Positions 17,688 through 26,791 of a stretch of DNA of 64,000 nucleotides are shown here, one piece after another. Location: IMG/VR virus record IMGVR_UViG_3300037010_002844, positions 1 to 64,000 of that record. The stretch is one strand, 5' to 3'. Within the stretch, counting starts at the first letter, position 1. Each line of letters opens with the position of its first letter. This DNA comes from a virus. The notes below the pieces were generated by a model. That model saw nothing but the letters and a program-made list of their open reading frames with translations, was not told the DNA's origin and made no database searches. The position numbers and the translations under genes are program-made.

Positions 17688-18176
17688 ATGCAGCCTAACA
17701 CGCGTAGGAGCATTGTGGACTTCGGACTGAACGTCGGTGACATCGTTACGTTTGCGTCTGAGAACGATAACACCGGTGGGTGTATCTATCAGATCGTCTT
17801 CGACCAGACGCCCATAGCGCCGCACACCACGCGGCGCACGACCACACGAACTCGAACAAAGTTCAACTGGCGGGACAATAGCAAATCTCAAGAAACTGAG
17901 ACGTACGAACACGTCGAACACGGCAGGTGGGACGAACAAGGTCGCAAGATCAAGCCTTGCGACGTCGCCGGCTACGTTCGTATCAAGCCGCTGTTCACCT
18001 TCTATCCGACGCCTCGAGGCAAGAAGCCCAAGGGAGCGGGTGAGACCATCATGGTCTACTACGGCCATGGTGTTTCACAGTTGAAGAAGGTCGAGGTTGC
18101 TGACCTGGGTGCCAAATACGTGGAACTGGGCGAACTGATGAAGTTCCTGCTCCGTAAGGGAGGCGCCGAACTGTGA
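17688..18176 (+). CDS. paralog-family protein A2 (162 aa)
   Basis: Paralog of 15769..16269. Confidence 0.5.
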   Translation: MQPNTRRSIVDFGLNVGDIVTFASENDNTGGCIYQIVFDQTPIAPHTTRRTTTRTRTKFNWRDNSKSQETETYEHVEHGRWDEQGRKIKPCDVAGYVRIKPLFTFYPTPRGKKPKGAGETIMVYYGHGVSQLKKVEVADLGAKYVELGELMKFLLRKGGAEL

Positions 18177-18448
18177 AGGTCAAGCCTGAAATTGGCGAGT
18201 TCGTCACCCACGTTCACTGGAACGGCGCCCGAGAGGGCGTCATTTGGCAAGTTTTGGCACACAAGGGTTCCAAGGTTCGAATCGACCCGATCTTCACCGT
18301 CACTGGCCCGTCGATCCTCAAGGCCAAGTGGGTTCACTATAGTGAGATTGAACTGATCGACCTTGTCACGTTGGGTTCCTCGCGGGCTCAGATCGACATC
18401 ATCATCCAGGAGCTGGTCCGTCGGCGTTCCAGCGAAGTCACCGCCTGA
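18173..18448 (+). CDS. small SH3/KOW-like family protein
   Basis: IGEFVTHVHWNGAREGVIWQVL motif. ATGA coupling. Confidence 0.4.
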   Translation: MKVKPEIGEFVTHVHWNGAREGVIWQVLAHKGSKVRIDPIFTVTGPSILKAKWVHYSEIELIDLVTLGSSRAQIDIIIQELVRRRSSEVTA

Positions 18449-18752
18449 TTGGCGGCGTCGGCAACGGAGAGAAATCGCGAACAAACGGGTCCTGAGACAC
18501 ATAGGGTTCCGGAGTCGTCGGCGGCACAGGACCCCAGCAATCTTCGGGATCTTCCTGTGGATCTCTTAGGTGTTCAGGTAGCTCGTCGTCAATGGGCGTG
18601 CCGCTCTGCAACTTTCCTAGCTGCTCACGGTTGTTGATGTCGGGCGACATGGCATTGCGTGCCGCGGGCTGCGGCGGTGAGGCCCAACCACCGCCGGTCT
18701 CAATCAGGATTGTCCTGATGATGTGCCTTAGTTCACCTAGCTTTATCCGCAC
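18438..18752 (-). CDS. N-terminal targeting-motif family protein (104 aa)
   Basis: Starts MRIKLGELRHIIRTILIETGGGWASPPQP, which is the shared N-terminal motif followed by a Gly/Pro linker. Confidence 0.45.
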   Translation of the reverse strand: MRIKLGELRHIIRTILIETGGGWASPPQPAARNAMSPDINNREQLGKLQSGTPIDDELPEHLRDPQEDPEDCWGPVPPTTPEPYVSQDPFVRDFSPLPTPPIRR

Positions 18753-18801
18753 ACAATAAGTAGGCGAGTACTCAGGCCGTAGCAGGGGTTAGGATAGACG
18801 C

Positions 18802-19035
18802 ATGACGACACTGGCAGTTGAAGTCACTTGGGCCCGACAGCCCGCACCTGACGAGACGGTGACGATGATCATCGCCTTGACGTTGCCGCCCCCGTTGCGG
18901 GCGACGTTTCCGAGTTCCAACATCGTGGACGTCAACATTCCGCCCAACTTTATTCCCAACGTCATCGGCAGGACGTTCATCGTCTTTGACGACAACTACG
19001 AAAGACTCGGTTCGGGAAGGATCGTTCGCCAATGA
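18802..19035 (+). CDS. small hypothetical protein (77 aa)
   Basis: Preceded by GTTAGGATAGACGC directly before the ATG. Confidence 0.4.
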   Translation: MTTLAVEVTWARQPAPDETVTMIIALTLPPPLRATFPSSNIVDVNIPPNFIPNVIGRTFIVFDDNYERLGSGRIVRQ

Positions 19036-19145
19036 AGCCCAAGATTCTGATGATCCTGTCTGACATCCTGTGGAAGGTCGGCCTCCATCAGTTCAGCCTG
19101 CGTTGTTACATCAATGCGAGGTTGATGCAGCAGTGATGGTGTCTC

Positions 19146-19391
19146 ATGTGGTCCCCCGGCACGTTCTTGCACCTCCGTAAGGAGTACGTCAACAGCATTC
19201 TTGGCTTTAGCCGCAGCTCGACCGCGCCACGGGCCACAACAGCGTTGGTGATTGCCATCCGCGAGACGGGCTTCGGCACGCGCGGTCGCAAGTGGGACGC
19301 CTTACTGTTGATCAATGGGTATATCTTCGAAGTTGAGGACGCCTGGAAGAAGGAAGACATGTTCTACGTCCACGTGTGGAATCACAAATGA
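19146..19391 (+). CDS. small hypothetical protein (81 aa)
   Basis: ORF only. Confidence 0.3.
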   Translation: MWSPGTFLHLRKEYVNSILGFSRSSTAPRATTALVIAIRETGFGTRGRKWDALLLINGYIFEVEDAWKKEDMFYVHVWNHK

Positions 19392-19829
19392 GTAGGACGA
19401 TCGTCATCGGCGACCTTCACGGATGTTAGAGAGAGGCCATCGACCTCAGATCAAGTAATCTTCCCGGGCGACTACGTCAATCGCAGGCCCGACAATGCCA
19501 AGTGCTGCGATCTCGTCCGCGAGCGTGAGCAGGTCCAGGATTCACCCGCCGGCGTGCTGGGAAATCACGAGGACCACGTTCAATGCATCGGTCGCGTGCC
19601 CAGCATGCCCGACAGTCACGTGAAGACTCGAGCGCAGCTGCAGTCAGAGCATTACGAGTGGTTTCGTTCACTGCCTCTGCTCATCAAGGTATCAGACCAT
19701 AACGTGGTGTGCGTCCATGCGGGCATCGATGGCGGCGCAGTGTTCGGTCATGACCTTCACGCTCTCGTGTTGGGAGATGAGTCCGACCGCATCGTCACCG
19801 TCAAAGGCGTCCACGATTACGGCAAATGA
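19388..19829 (+). pseudogene. disrupted lambda-PPase/ApaH-like metallophosphoesterase (Ser/Thr phosphatase family)
   Basis: MSRTIVIGDLHGC ends in an in-frame TAG. The other motifs lie in the +1 frame: VIFPGDYVNRGPDNAKC (GDxVDRG) and GNHEDH (GNHE), then the ...VHAGIDGG ORF. An in-frame stop plus a frameshift are needed to assemble the enzyme. Confidence 0.55.
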
Positions 19830-19943
19830 CATCGAGGTCGCCAGACCGAGGAGGAAATCATCCGCGGTGGGCACATCAAGCTATTCCTTGTCCGCGGTAA
19901 CGTTGGCACCTTCAGTTGACCCTCGCGCGCCTATTTACCCTCG

Positions 19944-22289
19944 ATGAGGGCGAAGGTACAAGAAGTCGCACTGCTGTTGGAGATCAGTTTCAACGGTTTC
20001 GTTGATCGCTTTAAGCAGCTTGCCAAGCAGATCAAGGCGACAGCTATCGTCAAGGCCATCGACTCGCTAGACGATGCGCCCCCAGGCCTCAAGGCCAAGC
20101 TACATGACGCATTCGATGCCTGGGTGGATTCTGGCGGGCTGAGCAACAGCGGTTACTACAGTGAAGTTCTCTTCACTAAGCTGAAGGCTGCTTTGGGCAG
20201 TCTGTCAGACGATCAGCTCGATGATCTCTTTTCAAAGATCACAAACTTTGAGGCGGTCCCAAGCCACGCTGACAAGAGCATTCAGGACATTGCGTTCAAC
20301 TCGATCCTGAAGCGACTGTCACACATCCCAATTCCGATCCTGCGTGACCTCAGGGAAGACCTGCAGGACCTGCAGCTTAACGTCAAGAACCACGCCACGG
20401 CTCGTGACTTCTTGAATTACGCCCTGGGCGCAGTGATTGAAAGCAACCCGACTGAAAAGCACTTCAGGTTGCAGTCGTCCAAAGGTTACTTCACGCGCTG
20501 GTTGGAACAACTGGACAGCGAGGACGCTGAGTCCGAGATCGACAAGCTCGACAAGATCATCGCTGGGTTTGAGGCCAAGAAGGCCGAGGCCGCCTGGGAC
20601 GTGGTCGACGCAGGCCGCGAATTGCTCGACCTTCTGAAGGAGAAGGTTCCGAGCGACCTAAAGCCCTACTATGAGACCGTAATCTCATACGACTACCACA
20701 TTGGTATGTCGGACTACAATTCCATCAACACGTTCAATGCGTATCTTAACGAGGATGAAAACGAGTTTCTCGAAGAGTACGCAAGGATTGCAGAACGCTC
20801 GAGCAGGCTAGCGCGCAAGGTCATCACGCAGATCAAGGCAATGCTCGAGCGCGAGACTCCCAAAGCCGCCAGGTACGTGCAGACCCTGAAGGGTGAACTG
20901 ACCGAGGAACAGCTGCAGGACCTGCAGACGCTCGCGGATTACGCTCGCTTCACTCACAAGTTGGGCGGCGCCAAAGTTTCAAGGGACTACTTCGGCAAGA
21001 GCATTTGGAACTTTCCCAACGACTTTACTGACAAAATCGACAAGATCACCAAGATCGATCCCGAGGTCGGACCTAAGTCAATGACACGCTTGCGAGCTGT
21101 CATGGCCTACTCGCAGATCATCAACTCCTCTGAGTTGCATGAATACATCAAGAACCTGAGAGACGATCTCGCTCAGGTCAAGGAACAGCTCAAGGCAAAG
21201 GACGATCCTCAATTCATTGCGTTGATCGATGGCCTGATCAAGTTGTCGGACACCATCAGATCGATGCCCGATGATGACATCGTGGATACGTTTGAAACGC
21301 TTGGACCCGAGAAGTCATCGAACGAGACCTACTTTTGGGGCAGCATCATTTCGACAATGCGCTCCAAAGGTGATGACTTCACCAAACAGCCCAATGATCT
21401 CAAACGCGCCCTGAAAGCATGGGCACTGACCTCAGAAGGTGACAGGCCAAAACTGCTGCAGCGCGCCAAGAAGATCGCCAGCAGTTGGATCAAAAAGACG
21501 AAGGCGAAGAACGCCGAGCTGTTGAAGAAGGCGCCTCCTGAAGCAGAGCCCTCAGCGCCCCTACAGCAGTGGGCCTTTGCCGACCAGCGCAAGGGAAAGG
21601 TTCCGTATGAGGCAAACTCGAAGGAAGAGCAGAAGTTGTACAATGACCTGTATGCCCACTTCGTCAACAACGATCCGATCTCACCCGCTCACGCTAAGCT
21701 GATCCAGTCCTTCCTGCAAAAGGGTCAATACGCTAGCGTCTTCCGCGAGCCTAAGCAGGCGTACGTCCTCCGTGGCATGAACGTTCCTGCAGATTATCTG
21801 CGCAAGGCCTTGAAGCTAAAGCCCGGAGATGATCTGCCACCGAAGGGAAACAAGGCCGCATCATTCACGTTCACGCCGTTGTCAGGTCGCGGGGCCACTA
21901 GCTGGTCATCAACGTCGCAAGGTGCTGTCAAGTTTTCAAACGATGGAGGTTACGGTTCTTACGCCATCATCATGGTCGCCTCTGTCAAGAAGAATCCAAA
22001 CAAGTTCTGCATGGGACCGGGCGCTCTCTACAACGTTCAGGGCTTCGATGAGTACGAGACTGAAGACGAGGTCATTGCCTTGGGCGAGATCAATGTCTCA
22101 AAGGTCTTCTGGTCAATCAACTCCATCACCAAGTCGACGCCGGGCCTGCCAAAGGGCGGTGTTGGCCACAAGACGTTGAAGAAAAAGAAGAAGGTGGCGA
22201 CCAATAAGTCAGTGGCTAAGAAACCGATCGCCAAGAAGAAACCTGTGGCCGCCAAGAAGCTCGTCAATAAATCCACGAAAAAGAAGTGA
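19944..22289 (+). CDS. large hypothetical protein (781 aa) with lysine-rich C-terminal tail
   Basis: Long, predicted mostly alpha-helical. C-terminal tail KKKKKVATNKSVAKKPIAKKKPVAAKKLVNKSTKKK is histone H1-like. Confidence 0.5.
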   Translation: MRAKVQEVALLLEISFNGFVDRFKQLAKQIKATAIVKAIDSLDDAPPGLKAKLHDAFDAWVDSGGLSNSGYYSEVLFTKLKAALGSLSDDQLDDLFSKITNFEAVPSHADKSIQDIAFNSILKRLSHIPIPILRDLREDLQDLQLNVKNHATARDFLNYALGAVIESNPTEKHFRLQSSKGYFTRWLEQLDSEDAESEIDKLDKIIAGFEAKKAEAAWDVVDAGRELLDLLKEKVPSDLKPYYETVISYDYHIGMSDYNSINTFNAYLNEDENEFLEEYARIAERSSRLARKVITQIKAMLERETPKAARYVQTLKGELTEEQLQDLQTLADYARFTHKLGGAKVSRDYFGKSIWNFPNDFTDKIDKITKIDPEVGPKSMTRLRAVMAYSQIINSSELHEYIKNLRDDLAQVKEQLKAKDDPQFIALIDGLIKLSDTIRSMPDDDIVDTFETLGPEKSSNETYFWGSIISTMRSKGDDFTKQPNDLKRALKAWALTSEGDRPKLLQRAKKIASSWIKKTKAKNAELLKKAPPEAEPSAPLQQWAFADQRKGKVPYEANSKEEQKLYNDLYAHFVNNDPISPAHAKLIQSFLQKGQYASVFREPKQAYVLRGMNVPADYLRKALKLKPGDDLPPKGNKAASFTFTPLSGRGATSWSSTSQGAVKFSNDGGYGSYAIIMVASVKKNPNKFCMGPGALYNVQGFDEYETEDEVIALGEINVSKVFWSINSITKSTPGLPKGGVGHKTLKKKKKVATNKSVAKKPIAKKKPVAAKKLVNKSTKKK

Positions 22290-22299
22290 TAAACGCACT

Positions 22300-23169
22300 A
22301 TGAAGATAAAGGTAAAAGACCTACGCCGCACCATCCGCGAGGCACTCGTTACCGAAGTCGGTATCGATAAGCTCAAGGGCATGAAGGGCACCTTGGGCTC
22401 CACCCATGAGATGAACGTGGCCAAATTGGTGGGCTCGGAGGAGAAGTTCTTCGTCAAGTTCTCTGACATCGCAGAGGACCTTTGGAACGAAGGCGACCCC
22501 GATCCTAGCATGCAGTGCATGAGCGAGTACCTCGCCTACAAGCTGTATGCCCTCTACCCGGGCGTCAAGATTCCCAGCCGTATTGAGTTGGTCTATGATC
22601 CTAACAACTCACGGGTCGGTATTGCCACGGCTGCTGTCAAAGGCAAGATGGCGCTCGGTCGCATCAAGCCTCAGGCGCTGGCGAAGCAGCTCGAGGCAGG
22701 CGTCTACGTCGACATTTTCCTGGCCAATTACGACGTCATCGGTACTGGCGCCGGCAACCTGATATCGTCGGACGACGGCTCAGTCACCCGTATCGACCCG
22801 GGTTCATCGTTCAAGTACCGTGCACGGGGTGGTCGCAAGGGACCTGGCTTCAACGACAAGGCTGGTGAGCTGAACACAATGTTGGACCCTGACTTCGGCT
22901 ATGGCGAGGCAGCCGGGTCAGTCTATCAGTACGCTGACCTCAAGGTCGCAGCCAAGGAGTTCATGACAGTAAGTTGGCCCGCAATCGCCGCGCGTATCGA
23001 TGAGGTTCAGGGGTCAGTCGCGGCTGAACTTGAGGAGAACGGCATGGACGACCTGCTGCAACAGTGGCACGCCGAGGTCAACGACATCAAGAAGGTCCTG
23101 GCTGGCCGTTACAAGGTTGTTACAATGCACGCGCAGAAGGTCCTCGCTGCCGACAAGAAGACACGTTGA
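22300..23169 (+). CDS. N-terminal targeting-motif family protein with a PI3/4-kinase-like catalytic signature (289 aa)
   Basis: Starts MKIKVKDLRRTIREALVTEV. Internal IFLANYDVIGTGAGNLISSDDGSVTRIDPGSSF resembles the GDRHxxN...IDFG catalytic/activation loops of PI3/PI4-kinase-like atypical kinases. Confidence 0.45.
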   Translation: MKIKVKDLRRTIREALVTEVGIDKLKGMKGTLGSTHEMNVAKLVGSEEKFFVKFSDIAEDLWNEGDPDPSMQCMSEYLAYKLYALYPGVKIPSRIELVYDPNNSRVGIATAAVKGKMALGRIKPQALAKQLEAGVYVDIFLANYDVIGTGAGNLISSDDGSVTRIDPGSSFKYRARGGRKGPGFNDKAGELNTMLDPDFGYGEAAGSVYQYADLKVAAKEFMTVSWPAIAARIDEVQGSVAAELEENGMDDLLQQWHAEVNDIKKVLAGRYKVVTMHAQKVLAADKKTR

Positions 23170-23546
23170 TATTGCGACAACGATTCATTGCCACAATCAA
23201 CTCCACTCGCGGGGCCTAACTCTTTTGTTCAAAACGATAGAGGCTCTCAAAGAACTTGTCAAGTATTTTGACCCGTTTGACGGGTATTCCGACGTGTTCA
23301 GCGTACTACTACAGGTACTTGGCATCACGTTGGTCGCTCTCTAGGCGATGCATGTCACCGCAAATGCAGGACTTTCCATCCTAGAGACCGCTGGCCCACC
23401 AGTAACCTGGACCGCCGAGGTCACTTCGTCTGACCAGGCGCTCAACGCCTTGAAGGCCGCGTAGCAGACGTTAATCACCGCCAACGCCAAGAAGAACATC
23501 ATGATCTCGTAGTGACTACACCACGTGAACAGCATCTCTGCGTTCG

Positions 23547-23813
23547 TCACTTTGAGCGCCAGGCAACACGGCCCCGCGTCAGGTCGTAAGGCGAGACTTC
23601 AATCGTCACTCGATCGCCGGGCAGCAGGCGAATGTGGTGGAGCCGCAGCTTGCCCGACAGGGTGCACAGCACCTTGATGCCATTGTCACAGATGACCCTA
23701 AACAGGGTTCCCGGCAACGCTTCGTCGATCATGCCCTGAAGTTCGATCGAGTCCTCGCGCTCGGGCTGCTCTTGCGCCGAGTTGCTCCAGTTCTTCTTGT
23801 TCTTCTTTGCCAT
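23547..23813 (-). CDS. infA: translation initiation factor IF-1 homolog with lysine-rich N-terminal extension
   Basis: [70 protein letters not shown] aligns over its length with bacterial IF-1 ([67 protein letters not shown]). Confidence 0.85.
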   Translation of the reverse strand: MAKKNKKNWSNSAQEQPEREDSIELQGMIDEALPGTLFRVICDNGIKVLCTLSGKLRLHHIRLLPGDRVTIEVSPYDLTRGRVAWRSK

Positions 23814-23976
23814 CGTCTTGTGTCTCGTCGTCACCGAGTTCGGGCGGGGGTGCGGCACCATTGCCGCCATTGTAGCCACCCTCTTGTCCGCCGCTAAAGA
23901 TTCCTGCGCTCCAGCGCATGTTGCGCTCGACTTCTTCTCGAATTAGAGCGCGCAGTTCGCGGATGGTGATCCTCAT
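23698..23976 (-). CDS. N-terminal targeting-motif peptide ORF overlapping the infA start
   Basis: [45 protein letters not shown], which is the motif followed by a Gly/Pro linker. The frame then overlaps the first 115 nt of the IF-1 gene in the -1 register. Confidence 0.4.
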   Translation of the reverse strand: MRITIRELRALIREEVERNMRWSAGIFSGGQEGGYNGGNGAAPPPELGDDETQDDGKEEQEELEQLGARAARARGLDRTSGHDRRSVAGNPV

Positions 23977-23984
23977 CCATCTAA

Positions 23985-24611
23985 CTATGCCTTGACGATC
24001 ACCGTCGAGATACTGATCAACCAGTCTGCGGCAATCTCATAACGACCCTGCGGGCTGCCAGAAGCATCGAGCTGCACCGTGTGCCCGTGGTCGATGGGCC
24101 AGGCCTGACCGGGAGGAAAATACTTGGCGGGCGCGGACATCATCGTGCCGTCACCCGTGATGAAGTCAATGTCAGCCCTTCTCGTCACGCGACCACACGC
24201 CAAGATCATCTTGGATCGCTGAGGGGCATCATTGACCTCGACCATCTCGCGGTCACTGAGGACGTTGAAGTGCTCAGGAACAACAATTTCATAGTCGCCA
24301 TCGACCGTGATGGGATCTGAACTACCGTTGAGCTCCAACCTCATGTCCACCACTAGGATGTAATCCGTCACACGATGCTGTACAACGGAATCATGGGTCT
24401 CAGTCGAACTCGGTCGCTGTCGTCGACAATTGACAAATATTGCAAGACAGTACCAACCATGGTCCATCACGTGAATAAACCTGGGATCTCTGTGGGTCCC
24501 GAGGGTGGCACCTACGACCTCTTGAGAACCATAGTTACGAGTCGGCCAAGCCATGTCGGACCCGGGACTACTCGCGCCCATCCTGATGTTGTTCGGGATG
24601 GGCTTGATCAT
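23985..24611 (-). CDS. hypothetical protein (208 aa)
   Basis: ORF only. Confidence 0.4.
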   Translation of the reverse strand: MIKPIPNNIRMGASSPGSDMAWPTRNYGSQEVVGATLGTHRDPRFIHVMDHGWYCLAIFVNCRRQRPSSTETHDSVVQHRVTDYILVVDMRLELNGSSDPITVDGDYEIVVPEHFNVLSDREMVEVNDAPQRSKMILACGRVTRRADIDFITGDGTMMSAPAKYFPPGQAWPIDHGHTVQLDASGSPQGRYEIAADWLISISTVIVKA

Positions 24612-24825
24612 CGCTCAGTTGGCAGAACAAGCTAAGACGCGTGATACCCACCCCTTCGTTCAAGACCTACGTGATATGGAGCGTGGACGCTGCCCTGAGT
24701 GCCACAGTGTCCATCCTGAAGCTGCAAACCACGATGGGCCGGAAGGGTTTTGGACTGTTTTTGCGTGCCCTGAATGTGGTTTCAAGCTTCGAGCACACGT
24801 ACACTCCACGGATCCCAAGCCCTGA
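24553..24825 (+). CDS. small membrane protein with zinc ribbon (90 aa)
   Basis: N-terminal TM helix LLAPILMLFGMGLIIAQL. Two CPEC pairs (CPECHS...CPECGF). Confidence 0.4.
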   Translation: MSDPGLLAPILMLFGMGLIIAQLAEQAKTRDTHPFVQDLRDMERGRCPECHSVHPEAANHDGPEGFWTVFACPECGFKLRAHVHSTDPKP

Positions 24826-25006
24826 GTTGAAGCCAGGGTCCTACGTGGTCCAGGTAGGAAGACACAAGCAGATCGGCCTCATCACTTCTCGCGGGACGAG
24901 CTATGCTTTGAGGCCGGCGTCTTGGAAGACGGTCGCTCGGTGACTTGGCTTCTATGGGAACGTGACAGAGGTCTGACGTGGCACGTTTGCTCTGAACTAT
25001 GATACA

Positions 25007-25606
25007 ATGGCACAGAGGTCGACCGTGTTCAAGAAGTTCTTCGTTGGTTTGTTCGCCGCGCTGATGATCACCGGCTGCGCTCATGTCGTCAAGGAACCCG
25101 TCCCGGGTGGCTCGTGCCCGTCAGGGGGCTGCCACGAGGAACTGCAGACGTCACATGAGATCAAGGGAACGGGATGGTCGTTGACGTTGCCAGATTCCTA
25201 TATCATTAAGTCTGTTCCGGCGCGTTCCGTCAAGGTGGCTGAAGGCAACCGTGAACTGTTGGCAATGACGAAGCAGAAGGAGCCGGTCGGCCGCGGGCCC
25301 ATCATCGTCACCGTTACCGTCGCTGACCTCGACAAGGACCTGCCACCCGAGAAGTACGGGTTGACTGCCATGGGCGCCCTGCTGTCACAGGAAGATATCA
25401 TACCGTTGGGAATGAAGGAAATCAAACTAGGCGCCTACCCGGGCACATTGACTGTCGTCCTTGCCGATGGCAACGTTGCCATCGCTCAGCTGGCGGTCGG
25501 CAAGGGAGCCCGCGGAATCATGCTGGCGTGCGGCGGCGAGGCTCACGAGTACAAGAAGGTCGCCGAGGCCTGTGGTGATGTGATCAAGTCCTTCAAGCTA
25601 TTGTGA
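25007..25606 (+). CDS. lipoprotein (199 aa)
   Basis: Signal peptide with lipobox LMITGC (FVGLFAALMITGCAH). Confidence 0.55.
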   Translation: MAQRSTVFKKFFVGLFAALMITGCAHVVKEPVPGGSCPSGGCHEELQTSHEIKGTGWSLTLPDSYIIKSVPARSVKVAEGNRELLAMTKQKEPVGRGPIIVTVTVADLDKDLPPEKYGLTAMGALLSQEDIIPLGMKEIKLGAYPGTLTVVLADGNVAIAQLAVGKGARGIMLACGGEAHEYKKVAEACGDVIKSFKLL

Positions 25607-25815
25607 TGCCTGACGAGTGGCTGCAGCGCCTGACCCCGGGCACATTATTGGCGAGGCCTTCCGGCGAGGTGGTGATGGTGATCACTTGCGAGGTGCAAAC
25701 GCTGCCCATCGGCTGGATTCAGCTCAACTTCACCACGATTGGACCCTCGGGCCTGCTGCGAAACAGCGTCGAAGCCAACACATTCGATAGAACGTGGAAA
25801 ACCTTGACCTCATGA
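25603..25815 (+). CDS. small SH3/KOW-like family protein
   Basis: LTPGTLLARPSGEVVMVITCEV. ATGA coupling. Confidence 0.4.
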   Translation: MMPDEWLQRLTPGTLLARPSGEVVMVITCEVQTLPIGWIQLNFTTIGPSGLLRNSVEANTFDRTWKTLTS

Positions 25816-26063
25816 GGCAGCTGATCCCGCGCCCGGGTGACATGGTCATCGCTCGCAAAACGATGGCGGCGTGGTTCTCTGACAGCGAGCGTCGTCCCGT
25901 TGGGATCCAGGTCGATCCAGGTGATGTCTGTCTGGTCGTCCAATCGTGGATGGTAGGTGCCAACGTGCGGCTCAGATTGATCGCCAGGGGGACCATGTCG
26001 ATGTTTTCCTGTCGGCTGGAACACGTGCGGCTCAATTGGACGGTTGTTCAAAATGCTGAATGA
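25794..26063 (+). CDS. small SH3/KOW-like family protein
   Basis: PRPGDMVIARK...PGDVCLVVQ, a tandem double motif. Confidence 0.4.
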   Translation: MENLDLMRQLIPRPGDMVIARKTMAAWFSDSERRPVGIQVDPGDVCLVVQSWMVGANVRLRLIARGTMSMFSCRLEHVRLNWTVVQNAE

Positions 26064-26080
26064 AGTTGGCTACTTAAAGT

Positions 26081-26350
26081 GTGTCCACCCCTCCAATTCG
26101 TCCAGGTGACCTCGTCACATTCACGTTCTGGTCCTCGTACTTGGCGCCCTCAGCGGCGCCGACCGAGCTGGGCCTCATCAACTGGTATGAACTGCACCCC
26201 GGCGACGCTGGCCTGGTCGTCTCGGTCGGGAGCGACGTTTCTGCGTCTAACACTCACGATAACACAGTCACCGTGATGTTCTCAAGGGTCAACAAGCTGC
26301 TGCGGGTTCACTTGAACCAACTGACCAGGGCCAATGACTCCACCAGGTGA
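26081..26350 (+). CDS. small SH3/KOW-like family protein
   Basis: IRPGDLVTFTF...HPGDAGLVVSVG. Confidence 0.4.
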   Translation: MSTPPIRPGDLVTFTFWSSYLAPSAAPTELGLINWYELHPGDAGLVVSVGSDVSASNTHDNTVTVMFSRVNKLLRVHLNQLTRANDSTR

Positions 26351-26370
26351 TTGTCTCGAATAATCCTGAG

Positions 26371-26616
26371 TCACTCTATGGACTCCAAATCCAAGGCAGC
26401 GATCCACCAGAGTGACCCTTCTAACAGGACCAATGATAGTTGTTCGCCGAGTTCATTGCAGCGATAGTGGTGAGCGATGAGCAGGCCGATCCCCTCGTGC
26501 CACATCTCGCAGTAGCCTCCCAGCTGTTCGATCAAGACTTGGCCTTTGGTCGCGACCAAATCACCAGGCAGGAGCGTCTGAGACATGACTGAGCTCGGAT
26601 GAAAAAAGTGGTCCAC
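26371..26616 (-). CDS. small SH3/KOW-like family protein
   Basis: LLPGDLVATKGQVLIEQ. Confidence 0.35.
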   Translation of the reverse strand: MDHFFHPSSVMSQTLLPGDLVATKGQVLIEQLGGYCEMWHEGIGLLIAHHYRCNELGEQLSLVLLEGSLWWIAALDLESIE

Positions 26617-26791
26617 TAATGCCGCTGCACGTCAAGACGTAGTAAACCCACGGGTAGCGGTCAGACCGTGCTGATCCCGCTGCCAGTGGGTCTCGGTTCG
26701 CCTTGGTGGCGCAGATGACCAGACCGAACTTGGGGCGCCCCGCGAACGGATCACAGATGACCAATTCGCCGATCAGGTGGCGAGGTGCCAT
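26561..26791 (-). CDS. small SH3/KOW-like family protein
   Basis: LIGELVICDPFAGRPKFGLVICAT. Confidence 0.35.
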   Translation of the reverse strand: MAPRHLIGELVICDPFAGRPKFGLVICATKANRDPLAAGSARSDRYPWVYYVLTCSGISGPLFSSELSHVSDAPAW

